Shown piece by piece: positions 24,094 to 38,331 of a stretch of DNA of 64,000 bases. The notes beneath the pieces were generated by a model. It saw only the letters and a list, made by a program, of their open reading frames with translations. It did not search any database and had not been told where the DNA came from. The translations under genes and the position numbers were made by a program. The stretch spans positions 176,080,001-176,144,000 of the forward strand of contig NC_135881.1 in the NCBI RefSeq assembly GCF_964194155.1, in the 5' to 3' direction. The number at the start of each line of letters is the position of its first letter. The stretch's first letter is position 1. Source of the stretch: Cetorhinus maximus. Lineage: Eukaryota.

Positions 24094-26356
24094 AAGGATC
24101 GAAGGCAGTTGCCATGAAGTCCTAGAGTAGAGGGGGGCGGGGGGGAGGGAAGAGATCAAGAGGATGTAAGAGATAGGGTGAAGTCAGTATATGTTTAAAG
24201 AGGTAGAAAGGGAAAGTAAAGTACTAAGGGAGGTTCAGCATTGACAGGAAAAAAAAATGCAGTCAGTTGGTCAGTCTGTGGTTTCTTCTTGCTCTCGCGT
24301 TTTCGACCTTCATCATCTGCCTTGCTTCAAAGCCAGTTATGCCTTGGTGAGTTAGGGTTTGTCATTGTGTTGAGGTCAAAGCCAATTTTCTTCAAGTAGG
24401 CTTTTAGTATATCTTGCCATTGGCCACCCTGTGATCTTTGACCAGTTGTGAGTTGGGAGTAAAGAGCACACTTCAGAAGGCGAATACAGAATTAAGCATT
24501 TTAATACAGTAACTTGTCCAGCCAAGTTAGTGCATGAGAATGCCACCCTTGACCTGTTCGAAGAAACATATTGAGCCCTAAGGCCGCACCTGAATGCCAA
24601 TAAGACAATGGTCCTCCAGCCAAAATTGGAGCTCGCACCAAATCTCCCCCAACATCATGCAAGCGCCCTAAGCACAAACTGGATATCATGATTGCATGTT
24701 TTGATGTGGCTAAGCTTTGAAACCAAATGTAGTTTCCTGTTAATCAACTGTAAATCTGACAGTCTTGGATTGTCTAGCATAGAATACTACAGCACCGAAC
24801 GAGGCCATTCAGCCCAGCATGCATGTGCCGATTCTTTGAAAAAGCAATACCATTTCTCCCACTCTGTTTTGCACCTACAGCCTTGCAATTTTTTCCATTT
24901 TCAGATTGATGTCCAATTTCCTCGTGGATGTTACTACTGAATCCGCTGCATCCATTCTTTCAGACAATGCCTTCCATTATGTATCATGCTTATGTATCAA
25001 GGCAAAGTCAAAAGCAGCATCCTACTTGTCAGCATTGTCCATGACATCTTCTGCAAGAAAGCCTTTTTAAGCATAAGGAGCCAAATGTCTGTCTTGTAAA
25101 TTCTAAATTACTTTTTTTTTTCAAGAAAAGAAAATTGGAATTATTGATGAACCGATGTTGACTTCATGCAACAACTGGCATTTGTGTCGAGCCTTTAACA
25201 TAGTAAATGGGTCAGGTTGCTTCATGTAAAGAATAGACCAAGTAGTATAGAAATTAGGACAAGTTGGAAGAGGGAGGTTTTGAAAGGTGTTGGGGACATG
25301 GTGTTGGATGAAGTAGCAGAGTAAACATTTAAAGAGGGGATTTGAGGGTAGTATCTGGATGACATACAGTGACAGTTCTGAGGTGAAATAGTAACTTGTA
25401 TTTCATTATGTAATCTTAAAAATAAGCATGACTGCATATAGGAACTGGAATAGACCATTTAGCCGCTCTACCATTCAGTTAGGTCATGACTGGCGCACCT
25501 CAACTCCATTTGCCCATCTTTGCTCCATATTCCTAGATATCCTTGCCAAAAAAGGAATAACTCAGTTTTGAAAGCTGCAATTGGCACAATCCACAACGAT
25601 TTGAGGAAGAAAATGTTGATATGGTGACCATCTCACTAACAAAATCCAACAGCTCCAAGATCAATACTATGCAATGCTGTAGCAATTTATTCTCCTCATT
25701 TATTGGATCATTTTATGCTGTGTGCCATTCTCTACACTGGTTTTTGGTAACTTTTACACAATGTGAAGTGCAGTGACTCTTACATCCTGTGGGCCACATT
25801 GTGAATCACCTACCATGCTGGAACAATTTCAATTTAGTGTAAAATGAGCCAAAATAAATAACATGCATTTATATATTTTCATGACTTTAATGTTTCAAAT
25901 GCTTCACCGCCAATGAAGAGCTTTTTAAATATAGTCACTTTTGTAACATGGCAGCCAATTTGCACACAGCAAGCTCCCACAAACAGCAACCAGATTCAGT
26001 GAAATGGTAAATCATTTTTAGTGATGCTGAAAACCAATGGGATTAGGATGGAAAGTCTAAACCTTAGTTTCAGCACTGAGCACCCCTAGGTCACACAACA
26101 TAGTCCAAGAATCTACCTTAAACCCTCACTTTAGAAGGACACCAGTCTTGATATTCTATTTTTTTCTACATAACCTTTATGATCTTTAATGATGAATGGG
26201 TAGTTCTGTGCTGAAAACATGGTGTCATCATTGGCCTTACCTGTGCTGTATAACTTTTTTATTCTATATTTAGTAAAAAAAATCAACATGACAGAAATTG
26301 CACTTGTTTACAAGGAAAGAAAGTCTTTAATATTTTCATCTTTTAAATTTCTTCAG

Positions 26357-26430
26357 CAAATGGGTGGCGATACCACAGCACGGACCCCTCACAAACTACG
26401 CTTGTCAGTGTGGTTCCAGTGTTTTCCATA
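26357..26430 (+). CDS. MRS2: MRS2 exon 2 (74 nt)
   Basis: ttcag| NGWRYHSTDPSQTTLVSVVPVFSI |gtaagt. Confidence 0.93.
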
Positions 26431-26508
26431 GTAAGTGCAGTCCATATGTGTTCATTTAAATTTACAGAAAATGTGCATGTGCCACATTAAAAGTATATTT
26501 TCTTTCAG

Positions 26509-26545
26509 ATGAGATATGACAGAGCTGGGAATGTAAGCTTCTTTG
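26509..26545 (+). CDS. MRS2: MRS2 exon 3 (37 nt)
   Basis: ttcag| MRYDRAGNVSFF(E) |gtaagt; follows a 78-bp intron. Confidence 0.92.
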
Positions 26546-27556
26546 GTAAGTTTGTTTTTAAATCATTTTATATTTTCCAAATATAATATTGTCAGGAAGA
26601 AATTTTTGCATCAAATTTTTAAAATCTATTTTAATGTCAATCCTCATTGGGATGCCAATCAATCATTGCACAGTTGTAGAATGACTTTCTTCACAATTGC
26701 CTACCTTGTCATGCCAGCTGTATGCTTTTAGTGGCCCACTCTCAGAAACAAGCAGGTAGTTCTCATTTAATTTTAACACTCGCCATCATTTTGGTCATGC
26801 AGTCTAGTCTGTTTCAACAATAACTTGCATTTATTTAGCACCTTTAATGTAGAACAATGTCCCTTGATGCTTCACAGATGCACAATTGGACAAAATTGGG
26901 CACTAAACCTAAGAAGAAAGCTTTGGCGGTGAGTGGGGTGGTGCCGGAAACCAAAATCTTGGTCAAGAGGTGGATTTTAAGGAGGAGAGAAGTAGAGGGA
27001 TTTAGAGAGGACTCCAAAAAGAACACATTTTACCAGTAGAAGCTGGTTACTTTTTGCTGCGCATTCAACTATGCTTTAAATAACTTCGAAGTCCATTGAT
27101 CTGATTTTCATCAATGGCAGACATTGGGCAAGCAGTGTGCAATCAGTCATTCCACTGCCTACAATGCTCTTTGCAAGAGGCACAAGCCATTTTAGTGATC
27201 GTTCCCCACTTACATGTGATTAGATGTTAGTATTCTGGTGGCTTTGCAGAGCTGAGCTGGTAGTCATCACTGAAAGGAGGGGGGACAATCGAGGCCTAAA
27301 CCCCTGAAAGCATGGCTGCCAAGGATGGGACAAAGGGAGTGCAACATATTGCAATTGGTATTAATGATTCTGGGTGTTTAGTTTGACTAGCGGTTTAGGT
27401 GGCAGAATGAATCTGGTTATGATCAAGTTCAGCGGCACCACCTCTAATATAAGAAGAGAGAAGTATAATTGTTTATCTTATAAGTTACCAGAGATGGCAA
27501 ACTTCCCCATTTGTTACATAAACTGATTCAATTTTTAAATCACTTTTTCATTATAG

Positions 27557-27669
27557 AACGAAAGAAGACTGAACTGTACCAGGAACTTGGTCTTCAAGCT
27601 CGAGATTTACGATTTCAACTTTTAACAAGCATTAATACGAGGAATAACTGCATCATCCTAAGAATGGAG
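27557..27669 (+). CDS. MRS2: MRS2 exon 4 (113 nt)
   Basis: atag| RKKTELYQELGLQARDLRFQ...IILRME |gtaaga. Confidence 0.97.
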
Positions 27670-29229
27670 GTAAGAAGGCCCTTCAGTCATGATTCAGCAT
27701 AGAAAATCTCTCTTTACTTCCTTTTACTGCATTCTCAGGATAAGGGCATTGCAAGCATAGCGTTTATTGCCCATCCCAGGTTGCCTTTGATGCGAGACAT
27801 TTTTACTTGAACTGCTGTTAGGAAGGGTGTCCCTTGATTTTGCCCCACTGACAATGAAGGAATGGGGATGTATGTCCAAGTGGAACTTTGAGGTAATGGT
27901 GTTCCCATTCGCTTTTCTCCTTCCACGAGGTGGAGGCTATCGGTTTCGGAAGTGCAGTTGTTACAATTAACTTGACATCAGCTGCATCCATGAACTCCAA
28001 TCAGATTACCACCACTAATTAGTGTTGCTGTGATGTTCTGTACATAATGTTTGCCAGAACATACATACCGTTTGCAGTTAAATTGAACAAAAAATTCACG
28101 ATATGTATGAAACACTGGCTTTTACAACCTTTGTGGATTAACCTTAAATGTTTTTTTTATTGAATGATAAAATGGCGCTTGGTCACATTATGAAAAATAT
28201 TCCTGTTCAGTCTGCAATACATACCTTGTTGGTTGTCATGCTGCCAGACTGGATTGTTTCTGGGAGACCCATGTTCTAGGCAGGCACTTGAAAAGCGTCA
28301 CTGTGTTGCTGCAGCCAGGTGGTAGCGCACACACTGTGGTGTATTCATCTTTCTTTTTAAAAAGAAATGACCTCCATTTCAACATGGCCTTATCATTTCC
28401 TCAGGGCATCCCAATTTGTTCCACAGCCAATTAATTACTTTCACCTTTAGAGGCAAATATGGCAGTCAGTTTGCACAGTTCCTATAATGAATGATGAATG
28501 AAATGAATTACTGTTCTATTTTTGGGGTAGTAAGTGAGTGAGTTGACCAGGGCACTGGAAAAACTCGCTGCTCTCCTTTATGTTGTGCTTTAGGATGCTT
28601 TACATCTACCAAACCATGAGAGCAGGACCTGAAAAAGGTTTAATGCTACTGTTTGCACCATTTTAATATCTTCCGGAAGCTGTTGTTGACGAGCACGTTT
28701 TGTGATTTGATGCCATGTATAAAATCTCTGTCAAGTGTACATGTGTGAGTGTTCTGTCATGTAGTTGGAACTGACAGGCCTTGATCCACAAGTCCACAGG
28801 CCCTTTAAAATGGAAATATTTGTGATAGTTGGAAAGCCGTGACTAATACGGTAAGACAGGTACACTCCAATGCTGTTGCTATTTAGAGGACATTGGCAAA
28901 TTAGAACTATTTTTTGTTTAACAGAAATCATGATCTGGGCATATATTAGTTGACTTACATCTGCCTAAACAGGATGTGTAATTTCTGTACTTTGTGAAAA
29001 CAACTAAAATATATCAACTATTTCTCTGTAAATAGCTACTGGTAATAAAACAGAAATCTAGTACAAACAAAAATGTTTTTGCCATATTTAGATGAAACAG
29101 AGTGTAAATCTCTCTGATTTAATACAATTTAGGGAGGCTTTTGTGTTTTCTTCAGATTTTCAAGGAACCTAAGGTAATAGCAGTTCACACTGAGAAAGGT
29201 CTGGAAAATCATGGAAAAGGAAAGATTTA

Positions 29230-29520
29230 AAAAGATCTGCATTTTATATAGTGCCTTCGTGACCACAGGACATTCCAAAGCAGTTTGCAGCCGTTAGGCA
29301 CTTTTGTAGTTACTGTAGGAAATGCAGCAGCCAATATGCGCACAGCAAGGTCCCACAAACAACAATGTAATAATGACGGTGATGTTGATTGATGTGTAAA
29401 TAGTGGCTTGGATAATGGGGAGAGCTTGCCTGTTCCTTGAAAAGTTCCAAGGGATCTTTTACCTCCATCTGAGTGAACAGATGGGGAGTTAGTTTAACAT
29501 CTCGTCCAAAAGATGGAATG
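29230..29520 (-). mobile_element. Deu-domain-type SINE; further copies near 25860, 28365, 50410 and 63290
   Basis: GCAGCCAAT.TGCGCACAGCAAGGTCCCACAAAC core shared with the other copies. Confidence 0.7.
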
Positions 29521-29731
29521 TTTTCTGTAATGGTATTTTACACACAGCCCAGAGATGGTTAGCTGAAGCTAATGATTGTACAGTTGCATCTGTAGCACTG
29601 ATCCATCAAATACACTGAATAAACTTTAGAATTTAGAGCTTTAGAATTACCTTCAACTACATACTTAGTCATTATTATCCTTGCTGGCAATCTTGCAAGA
29701 GGAGTCGTGCATTTTTTTCTCTCTTTGACAG

Positions 29732-29905
29732 ATTATCAAGGCTGTAATTACCCCGGAGTATCTTCTTATTCTGGATAATCGGCAATCAAACCTGGAGCAG
29801 TGGCTTTTGAAGGACCTAGCATTGCAATTAGCTGGAGATGGACAACTGGTTACATACTCTTTGCCTTTTGAATTCCGAGCCATAGAAGCAATACTTCAGC
29901 ACAGG
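29732..29905 (+). CDS. MRS2: MRS2 exon 5 (174 nt)
   Basis: acag| IIKAVITPEYLLILD...LPFEFRAIEAILQHR |gtaagt. Confidence 0.97.
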
Positions 29906-31979
29906 GTAAGTGAGATGAGAATTATTTATATTGTAAAAATAATACAAATTGATACTATTAGTATTGCTTGGAGAATTAGTGTCCCAAAAAATGGAAAGCA
30001 GTGTAGATGGGCGAATAAAAATGTTTAGAAAGTGGAATCTTTAATTACAGTATTTGTCTTTGCACAAAGCTAAGTATGTTTGTTTAACCACATGGCTACA
30101 TTTGCTTGAATGAGTGCTCCCTCAGCTCTGCAGTAACATTTTGTGGTTGAGGGTGAACTATATTCAATTATGGTATTGGAGCTACAACTAAAGTTGTAGT
30201 CCCAATTTTATCTTGTAGGTAATTAGTGAAGTTTGAATGAACCATATGACTTCTCTGTGGACATTAGTTGGTGATTATATAAACATAAGCGATTTCCCAT
30301 TGCACTTCTTTCTTATCACACTTTTGGTGTCAGACTCAAGTTGTTACACTTTATCATACCCTTAGACGCACTTGGCAAATCCATGGGAGATTTTCTAGTA
30401 GTGGCATGAAAACTATGCAGCTAGTCTGGCTATTTTCCGCACACTGTTCAATGAAAATGTCTGTCACTCTTACAAATTTGTCACACCTCAAATCGAATTC
30501 CTTCCACTAGATTATCTGACAGGCATATTTATTAATTGTGATTCAAATTTATTGAGAGATCATAAATCAGAGTTACCTAATGAAATAGAAGGAAGAAAGT
30601 TTACCCCCCTGCATGAAATTCTGTTATATTTCCAGAACAACTATTCCTTACAGTCAAATAATTAGAATTGGAAGACAATGGTTGTTAATAGAATTGTTAT
30701 TTGTCTTCCCTGATGCTATAATATGGTTTCCGAGTTGCCCTTTCCAAAAAAAGCAAACAAAGTGTAATCAAATTCTGAAAGCTTTCCAAGTACATGATTC
30801 CACAATGTCAAAGGCTAATTACAGGCAACTTTACTTAACTTTTTGATCTGAAAATGTGTATTTTTAATGTAACCATATGGGAAAGACAAAACAAGGGAAG
30901 GAAACTTTGAAACTTTTGAGTGAAAATCTTTCAGATGAAAACTGTTAGACAACTGCCTGAGTGCTGCCAAATGGTAAAATCCGTGCCCAAGTCCCATCAA
31001 TCCCAGGGATCATTCCTCTTTTAGTAGTAGCAAAGCTCAGGAAAATTATCCCCCTCCCCTCCACATACTGCTGATTGACAGTATTCTCACCCTCATTCTG
31101 TTTATTCTGAGCTGGGAAAAAAAACGGAGAAATAAAAACAAATGCTTATGACAGATTAGTGGCCTTGAAGGATCAAGCCAGTTTAAGCAGATCTCCACTT
31201 CCACTAGCAAGTATGCTCCTCTCTTTACGGAATGTATTGCTCAATTTACCATAAACAATGCCATGCAAGATCTACCAATATAAAAATGGTATTTTTAGCA
31301 TGCTTCACCCTTCACCTTTTTTGTATCTTAACAAATACCAAATTTCTATGTCCCAGTTCAGAAGAAAGTATAAACAAACAAAATCAGTCATTTGCAGCGA
31401 ACTAAAATGACTTTCAACTCTGAACTGCAGCCTAGATATTGTTTAAACACTGAATTAGTACATTTAGTGTTTAGAGCAGTTAGACTTTGTGTCCTTAAAA
31501 GGACTTGGTTTTATTTGAGCACCAGAGTAATGCACATATGTAGAATATTATATGCTTCCTTCCTTGTAATACAGCACATCATCTGACTCACCATGAGCAA
31601 CAGCATAGGGGATCCAATAATATAAAACCTCAACTTTAACTCTGGAGCTCCTTCAACATACAAGTAGGAATGTATTGATTTCATGCACAAGGAGGTCTTT
31701 TCATCTTTCTGGGCCAGTTCACCGGTTATGATTACCTTAGTGCTGTGGACCAACTTTTACTGGATTGATACTGGAGATATTGATTCCAGTTGAAACAGTC
31801 TAACTGAGTACAACTGTATTCCATCATTCCATTTGCTAATTCAATGTCTTCTTCCACAATTCAATCTTAACTCCTATTAAAAGATTTTATATATTGTTTC
31901 AAATCTACACTCAGCAGAAATTCAGCAAAAAGATGGTGTCCATTTTTCTTAAAGATAGCCTCTTTTATATTGTCTCCAG

Positions 31980-32110
31980 ATTAGCTTTCTGCAATCAAGA
32001 CTAAATGAGTTACAGCCTCAGATACTAGAGATGTTAGAAGCCCTGGTGGATCCCAAACAGTTATCAATTGATCGAAGCAAGCTACATGTCTTACTTCAAA
32101 CCAGTAAAAA
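31980..32110 (+). CDS. MRS2: MRS2 exon 6 (131 nt)
   Basis: ccag| ISFLQSRLNELQPQILEMLEALVDPKQLSIDRSKLHVLLQTSK |gtaaga. Confidence 0.96.
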
Positions 32111-32329
32111 GTAAGAGTAAACCAGTCTCTAACCAAACATTTAGCTAATGCATTACAATTTGGGTTTACTCCGAACACTTTCTTTATGTTCACAACACAA
32201 TGGATTTCCATTGGCAGACGTGTACCTCCTATGACTAAATTCGGTGCGCAGAGTACACAGTCAGCTTTTTAAAGGATTAACAATTTCTCTTCTACTGAGT
32301 TATTCTGCACTAGCCATATTCTTCACATT

Positions 32330-33130
32330 ATCCAAAAAACAATTCCACAGTTATGCTGATGACTCCCAGCTCCAGCTCACCATTTGCCTCTCACAAGACC
32401 TCGACTGTCTTTGAGTTGTCACATTCCGAGTCCAACATCTACCACTGAATGAACAGAAATTTCTTCCAACTCAATGTTGACAAGACCAAAGCTATTGTCC
32501 TCGGTCCCTACCACAAACTCGAGCCAGCCACTCCATCCTTCTCCCTGGTAACTTCCTGAGGGTGAAGCAGGCCATTCGCAGCCTTAATGTAGTATTAGAC
32601 CCCAAGATAAGCTTCCACCCTATCACCAGGATTGCCAATTTCTACCTCCTTGACTTTTCCCAACTCTAACCTGCCTCAACTCATCCCTTGCTGACACCCT
32701 CATCCGTCCCTTTGTTGCCTGTAGACTTGACACTTCCAATGCTTCCCTGGCTGGCCTCCCATCACCCACCCTAGAGCTCTGGTGTCCAAGTCCTAACTAA
32801 TCCGTCACTCCTGTGCCCGCTGACCTCCCTCCCAGTCTAGCAAATTTGATTTTAAAATTCTCATCATTGTTTTCAAACTCCTCCATTGCCTCACCTCCCC
32901 CTATCCTGTAACTTCCTCCAGTTCTACAACCCTTCAAGACTTCTGAGCTTCCCCAATTCTGGTCTCTTGCATATTCAAGATTTTAATCACTCTACTATTG
33001 GTGATCATGCCTTCAACTGCCTAGGCCCTCTCTGCCTCTCTACCTCTCTCTTTTCCTTCAAGACACTCCTCAAAGCCTATCTCTTTGACCAACCTTTTGG
33101 TCATCTGTCCTAGGACCTCCATATGCGGTT
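32330..33130 (+). mobile_element. L2-clade LINE 3' fragment; a related piece lies at ~37200-37620
   Basis: FHSYADDSQL and FFQLNVDKTK-like motifs with a C/T-rich L2-type 3' region. Confidence 0.7.
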
Positions 33131-34117
33131 CAGTTTTAGGGGATCTGGAACTTGCTGCCTGAAAGGGTGGTAGAGGCAAAAACCCTCATAACATATAAAA
33201 AGTACTTGGATATGCACTTGAAGTGCGGTAACCTACAAGGCTATGGACCAAAAAGTGCAAAGTGGGATTAGGCTGGCTAGCTACATGCCAGCTGGCAGGC
33301 ACATGATCAGCTGAATGGCCTCTTTCCATGCTGTTAGCTTGTATGATTTTTATGATTCTACCTTGAGGTACTCCTGCAGCAATGTCCAGGGGCTGAGATG
33401 ATTTGTCTTCAACAATCACAACTACCTTCCTTTGTGCTAATTATGACTCCAGCCAGTGGAAAGTTTTCCCCCGATCCCCTATGTCTTAATTTTGTCTTAG
33501 GCTTCTTGATGACAGCCTCAGTTAAATGCTGCCTTGATGTCAAGGGCAGTCACACTCACCTCACTTCTTAAATTTGGCTCTTTTGCCCGTGTTTGGGCCA
33601 AGGCTGTAATGAGGTCTGGAGCCGAGTGGCCTTGGTGGAACATTTAGAGGGTTTTGAATACTTTTTCTGTAATTGTGGAATATTCCAATCCAAGAATAGG
33701 ATCCATATTAGGGGAGAAAATCAAAGGCAGGGCTTGGAACCTGGGATGGGGAGAGGGCAGGAACTATCTTTACATCATGAATATAGATTGCTTAAATATT
33801 TACCTTTCCATCTGTTAACGACTTTTGCTCAAAGGGCTGAATGGCTTATTCCTGCTATTTTTTATGTTCTTATACTTCCATGCAATCTGTTAAGTAGCAC
33901 TGCAGTACCTCCACTGCAACAGGGTACCATTAAAGTACAGAGTTACTTTTATAGACAGTTCCCTTTATAAATTCCTATGTCAGCATTTATAATGACAAGT
34001 TGCCAGGAAGTGTGTGCAGACGGAACACTTTTAATATATACATGTGTTAAATGATTATTTAGTCGGTAGTTTGTGTTACAGTTATATCAGAGCATTTACA
34101 TTTGCTTTATTTCATAG

Positions 34118-34234
34118 CCTATCTGAGTTGGAGACGGATATAAAAGTCTTCAAGGAGGCCTTACTGGAGATTCTAGATGAAGACAAACGGATAGAAGAGC
34201 TTTGCCTCACCAAATGGAGTGAACAACATGTTTT
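34118..34234 (+). CDS. MRS2: MRS2 exon 7 (117 nt)
   Basis: atag| LSELETDIKVFKEALLEILDED...KWSEQHV |gtatgt. Confidence 0.96.
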
Positions 34235-35321
34235 GTATGTGTACAGCTTTACTTACTTTTATTTGTGTTAAAAGTCTCAAGCAAGTCCACTTTTGACTTC
34301 ATTGTAGCACAGTTAAGATAGTGCAGGCAACAGTTTTATCTTGTTGTGTACTTAGGATTTCCATTTAGCTCAAAAAAGCCAATTTATAGTTTGTTATTTG
34401 GGGGTAGGGGAAACATGTGGAATCTGCTTATGAAAGTACATTTCATAAAAAGATGACTTTTATTTTTTCCAAGTCTGAAAATGTTTGTATATGTGTGCAG
34501 GACTGGATTCTGCTATGTTTATCCTCATTATTGAGTAGCTATCTGATACTCATTGTCTAGCCTCACACATGAAGTAGAGGTGAGACATTGAGCAGCCTAT
34601 TGTTTCAGGTTAATAGTGATAGTGACATTGATTCATATGTTTTGTTATCCATGTTTCAGTTTTTGTACCCAAGTGTTGATGAAATTAGATATGAATTCCA
34701 TACTTAGTGTATATTCGGAGCTTTCCTGCCTTACCATAATGGTACATTTAGCCCTTTCTTCAAGGCAAGCTCTCTACTAAACCACAGTGTTTCATTTTCC
34801 ACATTTTGAGTCACTATATCATCCAAGTAAGATCAGGGACACTGGTGCTGCTCAAGATAAATTGATGTTATAAATTCCTTTCCTGTGGGAATTGGATTAT
34901 GGACAATCAAATTCAGTTTAAGGCTTGGCCCCATGTAGGCTGAAGCCATTGTCACACTTTCTTGGGTTAAATTCAATCTCCAGGACCCGGAGATGAAAAG
35001 CCAGCACATGATGCAAATATGATTGTCATCAGACAATCTAGCAGATCGTATTTCCCCTTGGAACCATTGTCTCCTACCTTCAGTTACGTCAGGAGGGAAA
35101 TAAATAATCTGCAAGTGCTCATACTATGAAGAGTTTCTTTGAGTGGCATGAAATGAATAAATTTAAATGTATATATTTGAAAAAATTATGTTTACTGAAC
35201 TGTCAGCAAATTGCAGTTGTTTGAAATCTGTATCAATAGAGAAGAAACCATAGAAATCTTTGATATGTAAATTTAAGCGCTCTTGCTGTGTTGATGGGAA
35301 TTGTGGATACTTTGTTTGCAG

Positions 35322-35474
35322 TGAGCAGAATAATACAGGAATTAACCCGGCAGAAGAGATGGAACTGCTTCTTGAAAGCTATTACCGACAGGCTGAAGAC
35401 TTGGCCAATTCAGCACGAGAGTTGAAACTGTTAATAGATGACTCTGAGAGCATCATTTTTATCAACTTAGACAG
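35322..35474 (+). CDS. MRS2: MRS2 exon 8 (153 nt)
   Basis: gcag| EQNNTGINPAEEMELLLESYY...SIIFINLD |gttggt. Confidence 0.96.
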
Positions 35475-38213
35475 GTTGGTTAATGTCAGCAACCCTCCCA
35501 TGATTATGAACAAAGCAGGGTGCACACACTTTCATTTATTTGACTGTATTGTCCTCATTATTAATTGTTTAATCAGCACAATAGAATTTTTATCAACACT
35601 ACATTTTCTTATGGATTTTGTTTCTAAACTGACACCCTAATTAAATTTATTACAGATCACAATGAGAACTAGTCCACAAAGAAAATTTGCTAATAGGAAA
35701 TTAAAATTACAGCACCCAATATTTTGAAAGGATGACATTTTTATTCAACTATAAAAAGCATTGAAGACTTTTTGAAAGAAAATACAATGTTTTGGAATCA
35801 TCAATATTTTAACCAGAGTTTTGCAATTCATTTGTGTGTGTGAATAAAATGTAACACCCAGTTAGGAAATGGGTGGCTGATAATGTGTTCGCCTACCTAA
35901 ATGTCATGGGTAAAACAACTAGGGGATGGCACCTAATTTTTTTAGATAGCACTTAAGTAACTGTTATATATAGAAATGATACATGAATCAAAATGTAATG
36001 AAAACTGTCATTTGATGCTATTAATTGGGGTTTTAATAATTTACCGTAGTGTGATGAGTGGTTGATAATGTGCTTGGTGTTTTCATACACAAACAGCATT
36101 CAAGATATATACTTGAAAGGGAAAAATTTGCAGATCAATGAAGAAAGGGCAGTGGGATAGGACTAATTGGATAGCTCTTTCAAAGAGCCAGCCCAAATAC
36201 AAAGGATCAAATGCGCTACTTTTGTGCTGTATTATTCTACGAAACTGTTCCTTTCATCACTGTATTCCATAAGAAACAGAATTTCACTCTCACTGATTGT
36301 TGTAAAAACCCATCTGGTTCACTAATGTCCTTTAGGGAAGGAAATCTGCCATCCTTACCCGGTCTGGCCTACGTGTGACTCCAGACCCTTAGCAATTTGG
36401 TTGACCCTTAGCTGCCCACTGAAATGGCCTAGCAAAGTCACTTATTCAAGGGCAATTAGGGGCGGGCAACAAATGCTGGCCTTGCCAGTGATACCACCCC
36501 ATGAAAGAATAAAATAAATCTTTGAAAACAAAAATGACTTGTGCAATTGGTCTCTTGGATTCCTGGCAATTATTTTTAGGAATGTTCAAAGGTTTTAATT
36601 GGAAATGTTGGTCTTTTTAATGAAAGAACAGTCTTTACATGCTTGAAATGTTTTGAAAGTTTACCCCCAACTTCTTAATGATGTGGTTGCAAAGGTGGCA
36701 TAGTTGGGGGAAAGCAGTAACTCTGTGATTTGATGAGATGTATATAAAGCTGAATTTTTTAAATCTATATAAAACTGAACATTTTTTTTCACAAAGCAAG
36801 ACTTGAGGAAGTAATACAGTGCATCAGTGTTGGTAATTATTGTCAATACAAAGACAATGTGATATGTAGACTGTGCTCCATTGCTGCCATTATAACCGCT
36901 GACAATTGTCTGTTTCTGTCCACTCCTTTTATGGTCTTTTAATTCAAATCTGTAGCTTTAGTTCCTTGCCCCAGTAGTTGATCTTCTCTGTGGACCAGAG
37001 AGAGAGAGTGGATAGACAAGCTTTTGTATCTGGTTCTTCATCAACATTCACCCACATGTGCTTTCCAGAAAAGGGTCACATAATATTGATTGTAATCATT
37101 TTCATTACCTGCATGATTATCTCTAAAGCTTATTGTAACTTGCTTGTGGGCTCCTTACTGACACTGTAGAGAGCACTTGCTCACGCTATCAGCTATCATC
37201 TGCATACCTCCTTCATTAAACCTGATATGATTCCATGTCTGCACTCCCTTGCTTGCTCTTAAAATAATGCACTTTACACAGTTCTGGGATTTAAAATTCT
37301 CATCTTCCATATTTAAATCTTTCTATTCCTTTGCCTCTTCCTACCCATCCCTACAGCTCCCGTTGAACTCTGCATTCCTTTGACTCTGGCCTGTTTAGCA
37401 TTGCCCTCTCTTTGCCCCACCAGTGATGACTGTACCTTCAAATAGGTTCCAAGCTCTGCAATTCACCCCCTACTTTTCCTTCAAGACCTTCCTCATCAAC
37501 CAACCTTTTGGGCACCCACACCCTCTTAATCCCTCCTCCTCGACTCTTTTTCTCTGCCCAATTCTGTGAACGTACTACAGAACGTTTTTCCATATTGAAG
37601 GTGCTATGTGAATACAAGTTTTTTAGGTGGCCTTAGAAATCGGGCTGACAAGATCAGTTGGTGTTCCCAATGTCCTAAACCTAGAAACTAGTTGTTTCCC
37701 TGGATGTTAAAATTATGTCTAACCTGATAACAAGGGGGGAAAACAATTGCTGTCAATTGGAAGTTGTTTTCTCTGTTCAGTGACTACAAACTTGAACCTA
37801 CCTCGGTATGCACCAGAGATCATTTGCTTTTTCCCTATGAAGAAATAAGAATGAAGAAGTAAATTCATGGCTAGAAAAATAGTAACATGCTGTTACTGGG
37901 GATTTGATAAAGAGTTTGGCATAGGAGAAATGATGTGGCTGTCCATTTGTCCTCTCAGCAAATCACCAGTCATGCTCATTTAAGCCTTTTGAATAACAAT
38001 TTTTTTTTTTCAAACATGCTCAGTTGTTCGGCGTAGCATAAATGGTGTTTGTGAGTAAAGTGAAATTTACTATCAAAATAATGCATGGGTAAATTGAAAA
38101 TGTGATATTTAAAGGAACTCCTGTAGACTTGATGCTCATTGTGTTGTTTTACTATAGAACATGCACCTATGGAAGTCAATGAGTGTGCACAAATTAATTT
38201 TGGTTTTCTACAG

Positions 38214-38331
38214 CCACCGTAATGTGATGATGCGTTTGAACCTCCAATTGACAATGGGAACGTTTTCAGTTTCCCTCTTTGGAATTCTGGGAGTTGCATT
38301 TGGCATGAATTTGGAATCTTCCTTTGAAGAG
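38214..38331 (+). CDS. MRS2: MRS2 exon 9 (118 nt; TM1 and GMN motif)
   Basis: acag| HRNVMMRLNLQLTMGTFSVSLFGILGVAFGMNLESSFEE |gtgaga; CorA-family GMN at 38302-38310. Confidence 0.98.

Noticed and set aside
23230-24159. 309-aa ORF as a novel gene
   Set aside because: It is the CR1 ORF2 linker and RT start within a truncated LINE.
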